Shown here one piece after another: positions 54,921 to 64,000 of a stretch of DNA of 64,000 nt. A model generated the notes under the pieces. The model was not told the DNA's origin and made no database searches. It saw only the letters and a list, made by a program, of their open reading frames with translations. The stretch's first letter is position 1. The number at the start of each line of letters is the position of its first letter. Origin of the DNA: a virus; IMG/VR virus record IMGVR_UViG_2716884398_000001, positions 40,230 to 104,229 of that record; one strand, 5' to 3'. Both the position numbers and the translations under genes were made by a program.

Positions 54921-57900
54921 TTAATCAATAGCTGGTATCATCCCTGGGCTGGGGTCTGGGTGGGTATAACCCATTGAACGCCAGTATCCTTCTAAAACTT
55001 CTTCTTCTGATTTACTCATAGTAGAAAGATCTGAATGTCCTAAATAATCGTTGTAAGCATCATGTCCGTATTCGGAATTCTGTGCTCTCCATCTAGCTAT
55101 AACACTAGCGGCTAATCCTTCCCAATCATTATCACTAGAAACACGATTCCAATCTGTATTTCTTTCCACCCAATCTCGTACATCTATATTATATGTTATA
55201 ATAGGAGTTAATGCTCCTTCAAAAGTATCAGGCGATTCATCTTCGACGGGAGTAGGGGGTAGGTCATCAGGGAGAGGGATCGGTGTAGGTGTATGCATCG
55301 GAGCCCTGACTGGTTCCGTATCCAAAACTGAATCACCTGCGTCTTTTGTTGGAGGTAAGACCACTGGATGAGTAGGATCAATTAATGGAACAGGAGCAGT
55401 AGCCTCTGGTGCTGCGTAATCAGGTAGAGGTGGCAGTGTCCAAGGATCAATCTCGGGTGGGACTTCAGCGGCAGGAGGGTCAGAATAGAATGGGTCAATC
55501 CTAGGATCAAGCCCACGGGCTCCCCCAGCAAAGTGTGCAGGGTCAGTAGGAAGATCAGCATGCCATGCAGCGGTCATAGCTCCTGCAATTTTTATACCAG
55601 CCATTGATGCAGTTCGCGCAGCTAACCCTAGAGCACCTCCACCTCCAAGTTTCTGATCGTCCATTTCTATAGGATCCTTGATGACAAGGAATTCAGAATA
55701 GGCATCACGATTTGATATATAATGTCTGAAACCAAAGATTCTATAAAGACCTGAATAAAAACTGTTTACTGGGTTTCTATTTGTTTTTCCATCGTATAAT
55801 TGCCTAACTTGATTTAATCTATTTACAAAAAGCAAAGAAGGTCTGCTTAAAATAGCACCATCTGAATATTCAAACATTGGGAGAGTTCTTATTTGTCCCG
55901 AAAATCTAAAATTAAATAATTTAAAAAAGAAATGCAAAAAAGACAAAGACGAAGATTTGGTATATTTTTTATGAATCTTTGACATGCCTAGGCCCGTTGT
56001 AGTTGTCAACAATGTGGCTAAATTTTTAGCCAAAGATCCAACGCTGACAGGGGGTCTGCCCATCATAGCTCTGGCATGTGCCCATAAAGGGTCAGAACTA
56101 CTATAATCTTCTAAAATTCTTGTGTATAAAGCTAAAACATCAGCAGAAGTAATTGTCTTACTTGAAGCTTTAATATGCTTATGAGGGATGGCTGCTGTTT
56201 GGTTAGCCATGGTCCATTGCATCTCACTAAAACTTAAATTAAGTAGTGGAAAAAACCCCTCTTCAGTCTTGATGTTCAGGTGAATTACATTAGGATTTGA
56301 AGTGTTACACCTAAAAACAGGAATACCGAAATTAGCAATCTTTTCTTTCGCTTCTTGTGAGTAATTAAACTCATCTGGTATTTTGTTTATCGCTAAATCA
56401 GGATCGAAAAAACTAGTAGTTTTAAACTTTTTAGTTATTATGCTTTGAATGTACGCAAAAAAAGGTAATCCTGTATCTGCAAAATTACTTAGCACAGGAT
56501 TCGAAGTATATGCAGGGGTAGTTGGGTCATTTAAATCAATTAGCCTATTCCAGAAAGGGTCTCCACCTCTCCCTACGCGAGGATCATATGAAGGTGGAGT
56601 ATACTGAATATGTTCAGCGGTTCCATGAAGAAGAGATTGTTGTGTTTTTTTATCTAATCTTGGATTATTTACAAAAATACCACCTTGTAAATAATTTTTT
56701 ATATATTTTCTAGCTCCAAAAACAAACATTCCTGGTTCACTAGATGGTAAAGAGCCAGTTAACAAGGAGTAAGAAGTTCCTATCATCTTTTTGTAAATAT
56801 CAATTAGCTCTACATTACTTTCCCAGTACCAATAAGGTTGGATAAGTTCTTCCGAAGTGGCGGTAGATACTCTTCTAAGCAACTCAGTTATTGGAGCTAA
56901 CCTGTTGCCTTGGTTTATCTGCTCTGCCATTTCATCATCAATTAGAAAAGTTAACCAGTACATTCCACCATAATTAGCATCAACTAAACTTATAAATTCT
57001 TCCTGATTCACCACGGGAGCGTCCCATGTAACACCTCGTCTAGCTTTTGCAATAGCGGGATCATAGTATCTTGCTCCGCTAGTACTGCTATCTGCTTGCA
57101 TTGTAACAACTTTTAATCCCAAATCTTCATAAATCTCTCTTGCAAGTATAGCAGCCGCAGTATCTGAATTATACGGAGTCATACCAGCATACGCAGCATC
57201 AATTTCTTCAGGCTCCGCAATTAATTTTAGTCGATCTGATATTGAAGCATCTTTGTTTTTTAAATATTGCTTAAGTAGCTTATTTAAGTCTGGTAACACT
57301 ACTAAACTATTAGGAACCCCTACTTCTTTTAGGTAATGAGTAATTAGATGTGTAATATTTTTATCGAGATTTAAAATATTATTAGTCTCAGGTACAATTT
57401 CAATATCGTCCTTGTAATTAGGGACACCTCCTCCCATAGTAGTTCTAACTATCCTTCTAGTTGAGTGAGTCGTGCGATATTCAAATAAAGGAACCCTAAC
57501 TGCGAATTCAAATTTTTCCTCAGCTAGATCAACTGCTTTTTCTGGGTTTAGCTTCTTAACCTCTGGTGTAGCTACAAATGTATACTTTGTAGTCTCTAGG
57601 TTCTTCATGTTGTTAGCATAAGTTACATCAATAAGAACAGACTCAAACGGCCCAGCCCAATGGCTTAGATCATCTCCTACACCGTACATAATATAGACTT
57701 TAGGAAATAACTTAGGCAGGTTGTCCGTTAAAGTATGTCTCACGCTGCTCGCGTCTAATGTATCGCCTTTCGACTCCGCTTCCTCTACTAACTGATTTCT
57801 TTGCTCTACAACTCTAGCTAGTCTGGACGATAAGGCAGTATCTAGTAATGTTCTTAAGAATAAAAGCTCAGGCTCTAATACTTCAATTTTAATTGTAAGA

Positions 57901-58127
57901 CCTTTATCGTCTGCTCCCTCACCAAAAGCTACCTTATGGTCAAGACTTAAAAAACTTTCATCTCTATTATTAAGAACAGCCGTATTAGCTAAACCAGCAG
58001 CCTTAGTTTCAAGAAGAGACGCAAACTCTGCCCTACTACTTTGCTTCGAAAACTTCCTAGCTAGACCTTGATCTAATGTTATTATAACATTATAAGTTGC
58101 AATAGTTCTATTGTTGGTTCTAGCCAT
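54921..58127 (-). CDS. Baseplate hub protein (gp27/gpD-like) with a Pro-rich C-terminal extension
   Basis: FYSGLYRIFGFRHYIS..AYSEF hub C-terminal motif; position between the gp53-like and gp5-like genes. Confidence 0.6.
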   Translation of the reverse strand: MARTNNRTIATYNVIITLDQGLARKFSKQSSRAEFASLLETKAAGLANTAVLNNRDESFLSLDHKVAFGEGADDKGLTIKIEVLEPELLFLRTLLDTALSSRLARVVEQRNQLVEEAESKGDTLDASSVRHTLTDNLPKLFPKVYIMYGVGDDLSHWAGPFESVLIDVTYANNMKNLETTKYTFVATPEVKKLNPEKAVDLAEEKFEFAVRVPLFEYRTTHSTRRIVRTTMGGGVPNYKDDIEIVPETNNILNLDKNITHLITHYLKEVGVPNSLVVLPDLNKLLKQYLKNKDASISDRLKLIAEPEEIDAAYAGMTPYNSDTAAAILAREIYEDLGLKVVTMQADSSTSGARYYDPAIAKARRGVTWDAPVVNQEEFISLVDANYGGMYWLTFLIDDEMAEQINQGNRLAPITELLRRVSTATSEELIQPYWYWESNVELIDIYKKMIGTSYSLLTGSLPSSEPGMFVFGARKYIKNYLQGGIFVNNPRLDKKTQQSLLHGTAEHIQYTPPSYDPRVGRGGDPFWNRLIDLNDPTTPAYTSNPVLSNFADTGLPFFAYIQSIITKKFKTTSFFDPDLAINKIPDEFNYSQEAKEKIANFGIPVFRCNTSNPNVIHLNIKTEEGFFPLLNLSFSEMQWTMANQTAAIPHKHIKASSKTITSADVLALYTRILEDYSSSDPLWAHARAMMGRPPVSVGSLAKNLATLLTTTTGLGMSKIHKKYTKSSSLSFLHFFFKLFNFRFSGQIRTLPMFEYSDGAILSRPSLLFVNRLNQVRQLYDGKTNRNPVNSFYSGLYRIFGFRHYISNRDAYSEFLVIKDPIEMDDQKLGGGGALGLAARTASMAGIKIAGAMTAAWHADLPTDPAHFAGGARGLDPRIDPFYSDPPAAEVPPEIDPWTLPPLPDYAAPEATAPVPLIDPTHPVVLPPTKDAGDSVLDTEPVRAPMHTPTPIPLPDDLPPTPVEDESPDTFEGALTPIITYNIDVRDWVERNTDWNRVSSDNDWEGLAASVIARWRAQNSEYGHDAYNDYLGHSDLSTMSKSEEEVLEGYWRSMGYTHPDPSPGMIPAID

Positions 58128-58131
58128 AGCA

Positions 58132-58437
58132 TTACGAGATTACTGGTATAAGTATTTGATCCCCACTATTAAAGCCTTCAAAAGGGTCAGTAACTCCATT
58201 TACTAACATTAAATACCACCAGTATCCTGGAGTTCCAAAGAAAACATTTGAGATAAGGTCAGGTCTATGCTCAAATCCTGCTGGAACTCTGCCAATTTTT
58301 GTTTGCACATCTGTAATATTTTCTGAGACGGCATCTATTTGTGACCCTACAGAAGTAGTTATATTTCGGCCTTTATGGAATAGTGCTCTAACTCCATGCC
58401 CGTATCGAGTAATGCTAGTTCTACTTTCTCCAATCAT
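58132..58437 (-). CDS. Baseplate wedge gp53/LysM-like protein
   Basis: HRPDLISNVFFGTPGYWWYLMLVNGVTDPF...GDQILIP. Confidence 0.85.
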   Translation of the reverse strand: MIGESRTSITRYGHGVRALFHKGRNITTSVGSQIDAVSENITDVQTKIGRVPAGFEHRPDLISNVFFGTPGYWWYLMLVNGVTDPFEGFNSGDQILIPVIS

Positions 58438-58440
58438 TTA

Positions 58441-59370
58441 TTATCTCCATCTAGGTTTATCGTCATCCCTGCTTGTCATAGGTTTTCCAGGGACTACATC
58501 CGAACTGCTCATCATGGGATCAGTAGATTGGTAGTCGCTAAGAACAATAGACTCCCAACCTGCTAAGTTATCTCGACTAATTGGAATCGCTTGCTTATAA
58601 GCTCCTCTGTCTCCCTCTCGCACCTCTAAAAGGTCCATGCTAACACCTATCACTCTAGGAAGCATAGTTCTTTGGTCATAACCTGCTTTATCATCAGCAG
58701 ATATTCGATAAGAAGTGCATACACAAGGTATGTTCTGATATAGTACACCATATGTTAAGCGAACAATTGGAGGTCCATAGAAAGGATTTTGTGCGTTATT
58801 TAAAACACTTGATCGAATTAAATTAGCCCAATATACAATCGCATCAATTATGCGGTATTTCATCTCATCCATCCCAAGTAAAGGGCTATCTTCTACTTTT
58901 TCTTTATACTTTAAAAGATCGTACTCCTCGTTATTTTCTGTCCCTGATATTGTAGGATCTTTTCCTAAAATTTCTTCCCACTGTTTTTCATATTTACTTG
59001 AACGGGCAGGGCCTAGATTTTCTTGATTGGTAAAGTCTTGGAAGAAAGATTTTTGTAAATTCTCAACTGACTTATCTCTTCTTCTCATACCTAAATTGGA
59101 TCCAATTCCTGCTGTAACAAAACTTTGAATGTTTGGCAAAGTCATGTTAAAAGTTATTGCTAATTTTCTAGAGTCAGCGCCTGTGTATCCAAAAGAATTT
59201 GAGGATCTACCGATAGGGTTATATTTTACTAATTTAGCAGACTTAGACTCCTTAATTGTTACATTCTCAAAGAAAGGTAATATTCTCTTAACATCTTTAT
59301 CATGAGTTGGAAACACAAAAACAAGTCTTGATCTTTCCTCAATATGTGAATCTATTCTTAATATAGTCAT
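58441..59370 (-). CDS. Tail tube initiator / CIS tube-like baseplate protein
   Basis: IKESKSA...PIGRS...YTGADSRKL and GPPIVRLTYG..YQNIPCVCTSY motifs. Confidence 0.7.
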   Translation of the reverse strand: MTILRIDSHIEERSRLVFVFPTHDKDVKRILPFFENVTIKESKSAKLVKYNPIGRSSNSFGYTGADSRKLAITFNMTLPNIQSFVTAGIGSNLGMRRRDKSVENLQKSFFQDFTNQENLGPARSSKYEKQWEEILGKDPTISGTENNEEYDLLKYKEKVEDSPLLGMDEMKYRIIDAIVYWANLIRSSVLNNAQNPFYGPPIVRLTYGVLYQNIPCVCTSYRISADDKAGYDQRTMLPRVIGVSMDLLEVREGDRGAYKQAIPISRDNLAGWESIVLSDYQSTDPMMSSSDVVPGKPMTSRDDDKPRWR

Positions 59371-59373
59371 AAT

Positions 59374-60987
59374 TTATGGGGTCGCTCCTATAATTAAACC
59401 AACATCAGTTGGTGCTGGAGTTGCAACACCTCGGGCTATTTCATCTAAGTAATCAATTACTGATCTAGCTACTTCATCTCTACGAATAGGATCTAATAAG
59501 TCAGGTCGGAACGCCATAGCAATTCCTGCATCAGATGAAATAGCTTTTGCCATTTGTAAAAAGGAGTTTGTACTTGCAACATCCATCTGCTGCCTTCTCT
59601 GTTCGTTGTGGAATTTATCCTTCTCCATTTGAAGGCTTTCTTCACTTGATTTTGCTAGGCTTGACATTGATGCAGCCATCATACCTATACCTACAACAGC
59701 GCCAAGTAAAATGCCTATTACTCCACCTCCAGCAAGTGCAGCGGTAGCGGATTTAGTTTGTGCTATTGTATTCCCATGAGTAGCGCCTATTAAGCTACCT
59801 ATGGCACCGAGTAAGGTTTTCCCCTGTATTTGTGTAGCCACCCACTGTGCTGTTGTTATGGCAAATCTAGTAGCTTGAACGGTTAATAAAGTTGTAGTTA
59901 CTCCAATAAGAGCAGGGAATAGTGTTGCTACTAGAATTTTTAGTGGAGTTTTTAGTGTAGTTAAAATATCTACTATTGGTGGTAATAAAATAGCACCCAT
60001 TTCTTTTAATGGTTCAACTATTTCAGAAAATAATATATTTAACTCTCGCATCTGATTTGCTAAGACCTGTTCTGGTCCTTCAGGTGCCATACCTGCTCTA
60101 TTTAACTGTAAAGCCATCTGCCCCAAGCCACCTTCTCCACCTGCAATACCAAGTAAAGCGGTGAATACCTCACCTAACTCCCCACCTGCTCCACCTGTAA
60201 GAGCTTGAGTTTGTTTAGCACTGATAGAGATTGCTTCTGATAATTTCTCAGTCATCTGAGATGGAGATAGTGTTCCTGCTCTAATGTCCCTAGCAATTTC
60301 TAATAATCCTAATCGTTGAAGCAGCGCAGAGCTAGTTGCAGGGTCTGCCAGTACGGAGGCAAACTTTCCAATAGTACCTCCGAACTGCGCTCCCATCCGA
60401 CCAGTTAGTTCAATTACAGATTTAGATAAAGGACCAGCAATACCTAACTGACCAAAAGTTGCCATTTTACTCGAAAGTACCTGGACTGCTCCAATTAAAT
60501 CAGTAGTTGTGATATTGTAAGCAGTAGAAGTATACATTAAATTTTCAGATAAGCTGTTTAATGAATTTTCAGTTAACCCTCCCTGATTAAAGAGAAGCTG
60601 ATTTAATTTCATAAGACCCTGAGTGCTTTGCCCAGTGTTTCTCATAAAAGTCGCTAATTGGAGCGTTGCAGGGTTTAACTTATCAAAACCCGCGCTTCTT
60701 AGTTCTATAAGAGATTGAGTATTTTCGGCAAAGCCCCCTCGTAAAGACGCTAGTGCTGCATTATTTCCTTCGGTTAACCCTGCTAAAGTCTTATCTATTG
60801 CAAGCGATTGTTTTTGCAGATTATTTGCCTCTTGAACTGCTCTTCCTAATTCCTTTACTGGTGTTATTAAAGCGTTAAAAGCCAAATGACTCATACCCAT
60901 GGATTTTCTGAGTCCATCTAAACCTGTATAAACTAGATTTAGTGACTCATTTAGAGTGAAAAAAGTGTTTTGGGCCTGACTTACCAT
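59374..60987 (-). CDS. Tape measure protein
   Basis: Ala/Gly/Leu-rich helical protein with hydrophobic C-terminal segments, upstream of the tube initiator. Confidence 0.7.
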   Translation of the reverse strand: MVSQAQNTFFTLNESLNLVYTGLDGLRKSMGMSHLAFNALITPVKELGRAVQEANNLQKQSLAIDKTLAGLTEGNNAALASLRGGFAENTQSLIELRSAGFDKLNPATLQLATFMRNTGQSTQGLMKLNQLLFNQGGLTENSLNSLSENLMYTSTAYNITTTDLIGAVQVLSSKMATFGQLGIAGPLSKSVIELTGRMGAQFGGTIGKFASVLADPATSSALLQRLGLLEIARDIRAGTLSPSQMTEKLSEAISISAKQTQALTGGAGGELGEVFTALLGIAGGEGGLGQMALQLNRAGMAPEGPEQVLANQMRELNILFSEIVEPLKEMGAILLPPIVDILTTLKTPLKILVATLFPALIGVTTTLLTVQATRFAITTAQWVATQIQGKTLLGAIGSLIGATHGNTIAQTKSATAALAGGGVIGILLGAVVGIGMMAASMSSLAKSSEESLQMEKDKFHNEQRRQQMDVASTNSFLQMAKAISSDAGIAMAFRPDLLDPIRRDEVARSVIDYLDEIARGVATPAPTDVGLIIGATP

Positions 60988-61481
60988 TATTGTTCAGTAA
61001 TTTCTGCGTTCGGATTTATTTCCATATTAAGTTGATTTATATTACCATCAACTTTGGTTGTCATAAAAGTTCTAAAATTTTCAGATCTAAACACTCTGGA
61101 TAGTCCTTTTGTTGCTTTATAAGTAAATAGCGATCTGACGGGAAACCCGTACCTCTGTGCATTTTTATATAGCCCTGTAAGAACAGTATGAATTACTTCT
61201 ACAGGTACATCATTAACTAAAAATCCAGAGATTACTTTATTATTTTGGGGAGTATTATAAATACCACCACCTCCTCTAGCTTTAGTTACGAAAAGAAGTC
61301 GTTCTTCTCCCGTATAACTAAAATAAACCATATCCCCTGCATCAATAAGGCTACTACCTTTAAATAGCTGGGTAGTATTTTCCCGTAGTCCCGTTTTTTC
61401 AACAGTTTCGGGATCACCAAAAGACCCTGCCAAAACAAGGTCCAAAAGTTTATTCAAGAAAGTTTTAGAGAATTTAGCCAT
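60987..61481 (-). CDS. Hypothetical protein, possibly T4 gp2-like DNA end protector
   Basis: AGDMVYFSY...ISGFLVNDVP...TYK...FRTF pattern loosely matches gp2. Confidence 0.45.
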   Translation of the reverse strand: MAKFSKTFLNKLLDLVLAGSFGDPETVEKTGLRENTTQLFKGSSLIDAGDMVYFSYTGEERLLFVTKARGGGGIYNTPQNNKVISGFLVNDVPVEVIHTVLTGLYKNAQRYGFPVRSLFTYKATKGLSRVFRSENFRTFMTTKVDGNINQLNMEINPNAEITEQ

Positions 61482-61490
61482 GTCTGTCTA

Positions 61491-61498
61491 TATTTATA
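61491..61498 (-). promoter_or_regulatory. T4-type late promoter TATAAATA heading the tail/baseplate operon
   Basis: Exact TATAAATA on the minus strand, 9 nt upstream of the ATG at 61481; a gp55-like sigma is encoded in the window. Confidence 0.7.
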
Positions 61499-61516
61499 TA
61501 TATTAATGGTTAAACA

Positions 61517-61816
61517 ATGAGTAATACAGTAGACATCGAGTTAATTGATTTTCTAGATCTCCTCAATCATACACTAAGTAATGAGTTTACGGAGAAATGG
61601 AGACATAAGTATAGTGAAAAATTTATTAAGCATTTTCAGTTAAAAATATTACATACTATAAATAAAGGTAAAGTATTGAAAATAAATACTTTATATCTAT
61701 ACTTAACTAAGAAATGTAAATATTCAAGGGATCAAGTCCTTAACTTTTTTGAGACAATAGATATAGATATCTACAGACCCTTATTGACAGGGAAATTAAC
61801 TAAACACTTATTATGA
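61517..61816 (+). CDS. Hypothetical protein
   Basis: 99 aa ORF, ATGA-coupled to the next gene. Confidence 0.7.
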   Translation: MSNTVDIELIDFLDLLNHTLSNEFTEKWRHKYSEKFIKHFQLKILHTINKGKVLKINTLYLYLTKKCKYSRDQVLNFFETIDIDIYRPLLTGKLTKHLL

Positions 61817-62109
61817 TTGATATTCAAATGACAGATTTACACAGCTTTTTTATGTGGGTTATGGTTTGCTTTAGCCTTACCCTCATAGTTACCGATGGCA
61901 CCATTTTTGAGAAATGGCGAACTGCTATTAGAAATAGAAGCGATTTTTTAGGCAAGCTATTTAGCTGCCCTCTTTGCTTTGGTTTTTGGGTTGGTGTTCT
62001 TTTAGGCTATACCTACCTTTCACCTACTAATTGCCTCTTCCTTGACGGAGCTTTAGGCTCTGGTACAAGTTGGATGCTTTATAGCTTCTTTAACCGTTCC
62101 GCTTCTTAG
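61813..62109 (+). CDS. Small membrane protein (DUF1360-like)
   Basis: Hydrophobic helices with IFEKWR and LFSCPLCFGFWVG motifs. Confidence 0.7.
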   Translation: MIDIQMTDLHSFFMWVMVCFSLTLIVTDGTIFEKWRTAIRNRSDFLGKLFSCPLCFGFWVGVLLGYTYLSPTNCLFLDGALGSGTSWMLYSFFNRSAS

Positions 62110-62857
62110 CCTCGTTTAGTCGTTGTTGAACGACACAGCCTTCATTAAACTCAGTGCAGTAGCTTTTATACGCGCACCAATTGCAAAATTGGTTTTGCAT
62201 GGGGGTTAAATCAGTTTTCTTAGCCTTTCTGATTTTCCATACATCATCTAGCACACTTTTAATGTGTGCCCGTATCTGAGCAGAGGTATACTTCACGGTC
62301 ACTAAGTTATCCGACAGAGGGTAGTAGTGACCAGCGGTAATATTCTCAATCGGAATATTGTAGAGCTTATGCACGGCATATACATAGCCTTTCATTTGGC
62401 TATCTTGGAAGAGGTCTATCTTACTTTTCTCTCTTTTAGATGTTTTGTAGTCTAAAACGAGATACCCACCGTTACGCCCTTTGATAATCCTATCAATATA
62501 TCCGTTGATGGTGATACCTTCCGCAATCTCTAGGTTAAAATGCTGTTCACTTGTACCTACTTCTGAAAAAGAAGCATTTAGGCGTAAAAAATTCTTTAAA
62601 CAAGGGTCTATTTTGTTGTTATAGCTCTTGGAAAACTTATAATTTCCTTTTAAGTCTTCAGATATACCTTTTAGTTGCTCAAAAGTAGTGCTTTGGACTC
62701 CATCCTCAAAGATTTTGTGGATATATGAGCCAAAATGAAGAGCGTCGGTATTTAATGAGTCAGGCTCCTCAAGTTTGTCTACATACTTGTAGCGGTACTT
62801 GAGCTTGCACTGCTTAAATGTGTCTCGTTTCGAATTACTTATTGTATTTATAAACAT
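62090..62857 (-). CDS. RecB/AddB/Cas4-like PD-(D/E)xK exonuclease with a four-Cys Fe-S staple
   Basis: FKQC, FGSYIH, INGYIDRI, VLDYKTS, QMKGY and C-terminal CNWCAYKSYC motifs. Confidence 0.87.
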   Translation of the reverse strand: MFINTISNSKRDTFKQCKLKYRYKYVDKLEEPDSLNTDALHFGSYIHKIFEDGVQSTTFEQLKGISEDLKGNYKFSKSYNNKIDPCLKNFLRLNASFSEVGTSEQHFNLEIAEGITINGYIDRIIKGRNGGYLVLDYKTSKREKSKIDLFQDSQMKGYVYAVHKLYNIPIENITAGHYYPLSDNLVTVKYTSAQIRAHIKSVLDDVWKIRKAKKTDLTPMQNQFCNWCAYKSYCTEFNEGCVVQQRLNEAKKRNG

Positions 62858-63866
62858 GATAAATCCTCAGTTCATTAAAGACTACCTCATTGAAAAAGTG
62901 GGCAGCGATTATAAAGAATCATCCAACCATGCAGAGCTAATAATCCCATCCTTTTTCATCGAAAATGACTACAAAAAACATATGAGCGTCAATCTTACCT
63001 CAGGTTTGTGGCAATGCTTCAAAACAGGTAAAACAGGAAATTTCATCCGTTTATACTCGATTTTAGAGGGTATTTCGTATAAACGAGCGGAATCGGCCCT
63101 TTTATTTCGTGAGTTAGAGGATAATAACTATGCAGCGTGGGAAAGAACATCTGAAAACACAGAAAGTACTGAGCTAGAATCAACCATAGATCTAAAAGGT
63201 TTCATCCCTATAAACATTAACAGTTATGAATCAAAGAATGATCAGGTGGTAAAAGCTTGGAACTTTCTTATGTCCAGAGGGCTCTTCAATACTTCTGAAT
63301 TTGAAGAGGCTCCATATTATCTAGCTACACAAGGGAGGTATAAGGATCGTCTAATTATCCCGTTCAAGGATGACATGGGTGAAATTTTCTTTTTTCAGGC
63401 GCGAGCCCTATCCCCTGACATACAACCCAAGTACCTAAACCCTTCTGTTGATGAGGGTGTTAAAGCCAGCAATATTTTATACCCATTTGATTATGATGCT
63501 GATCACTTGGTGATCTGTGAGGGTCCCTTAGATGCTATTACATTAAATTTACATGGGTTTAATGCTACTTGTACTGTAGGAAGCTCTATTTCAGGGGTTC
63601 AGATGCAGATGCTAAAAGAGTTTGCAGGTAAAATAATTCTTGCATACGACAATGATGAAGCAGGAATTCGGGGTTTGGCTAAGTTCGAAGCACAAAGACG
63701 GCAGTATTTAATGCCTGAATTTAGTGTAGTGTTTCCCCCACAAACTGCAAAAGATTGGAATGAAGCCCACATTAAGGAGGAAAACTTAAGTTCTTGGATT
63801 CATCAAAATCAGTACGATTATACCTACGAAAATATCACTAATCAGCAGCTAAACCAAACCTTTTAG
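62856..63866 (+). CDS. DNA primase (DnaG-type TOPRIM)
   Basis: WQCFKTG, RLIIPF, FQARAL, PKYLNP, ICEGPLDA and AYDNDEAG..KDWNE motifs; likely start MINPQF at 62856. Confidence 0.9.
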   Translation: MINPQFIKDYLIEKVGSDYKESSNHAELIIPSFFIENDYKKHMSVNLTSGLWQCFKTGKTGNFIRLYSILEGISYKRAESALLFRELEDNNYAAWERTSENTESTELESTIDLKGFIPININSYESKNDQVVKAWNFLMSRGLFNTSEFEEAPYYLATQGRYKDRLIIPFKDDMGEIFFFQARALSPDIQPKYLNPSVDEGVKASNILYPFDYDADHLVICEGPLDAITLNLHGFNATCTVGSSISGVQMQMLKEFAGKIILAYDNDEAGIRGLAKFEAQRRQYLMPEFSVVFPPQTAKDWNEAHIKEENLSSWIHQNQYDYTYENITNQQLNQTF

Positions 63867-64000
63867 AGATCTAAGAATGCTAATTCAAATTCAGGACAAG
63901 AGTTTTGCTTTGCTGCCTGACAAATATCAAAAATTGTTCCGTTTACCGTGGTGGAAGTATCGAAACTTGCATTATAAGCTCCAGGAAGCCTGCATGCATT
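63863..64000 (-). CDS. C-terminal end of a Cys-containing protein entering from the right edge (...NACRLPGAYNASFDTSTTVNGTIFDICQAAKQNSCPEFELAFLDL)
   Basis: Translated by hand; open frame from the edge to TAA at 63865-63863, overlapping the primase stop. Confidence 0.55.
   Translation of the reverse strand, partial: NACRLPGAYNASFDTSTTVNGTIFDICQAAKQNSCPEFELAFLDL

Noticed and set aside
2248..59747. Many 60-200 aa ORFs antisense or out of frame within long genes (e.g. 4756-5364, 6724-7206, 18663-19067, 28563-29051)
   Set aside because: They are shadow ORFs of well-supported minus-strand genes and have no motifs or translation signals of their own.
62799..62855. Longer primase start given in the ORF track (TTG 62799)
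   Set aside because: The extension is just the antisense of the nuclease N-terminus. ATG 62856 gives a typical primase N-terminus.
62090..62857. Cas4 as part of a CRISPR-Cas system
   Set aside because: I saw no repeat-spacer array and no other cas genes. Stand-alone Cas4/RecB-like nucleases are common in phages.
1..64000. Stop-codon reassignment, tRNA genes, or a diversity-generating retroelement
   Set aside because: Genes tile densely in the standard code using all three stops. Intergenic gaps are too short or lack cloverleaf motifs, and I saw no reverse transcriptase or TR/VR repeat pair by eye.

Overview
A densely coding 64 kb piece of a large lytic myophage genome in standard genetic code, with nearly all genes on the minus strand. 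From about 17.3 to 61.5 kb it carries a T4-like virion module: tail tube, sheath, gp15/14/13, major capsid, scaffold, prohead protease, PAAR, baseplate gp6/gp25/gp5/gp53-like proteins and tape measure. From about 0 to 14.4 kb it carries a replication and metabolism module: DnaB/gp41 helicase, IscA, ferredoxin, class II RNR, gp46/47 and a minimal gp55-like sigma factor. A primase and a RecB/Cas4-like nuclease lie at the right end. The most striking feature is a family-A DNA polymerase with an SPO1-type UDG-like N-terminal domain. It is split into three separate ORFs, one break falls inside the 3'-5' exonuclease active site, and an antisense gene sits in that break. Other items worth following up are a pair of very Cys-rich paralogues behind a late promoter, an Fe-S assembly/client cluster, a redox-dead thioredoxin, leaderless bidirectional promoters, two divergent genes sharing a CATG start, and modular baseplate appendages with a shared CBM-like domain and an esterase. 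I saw no tRNA, rRNA, CRISPR array, integrase, portal or terminase. All product calls come from motif recognition by eye; no database search was run.
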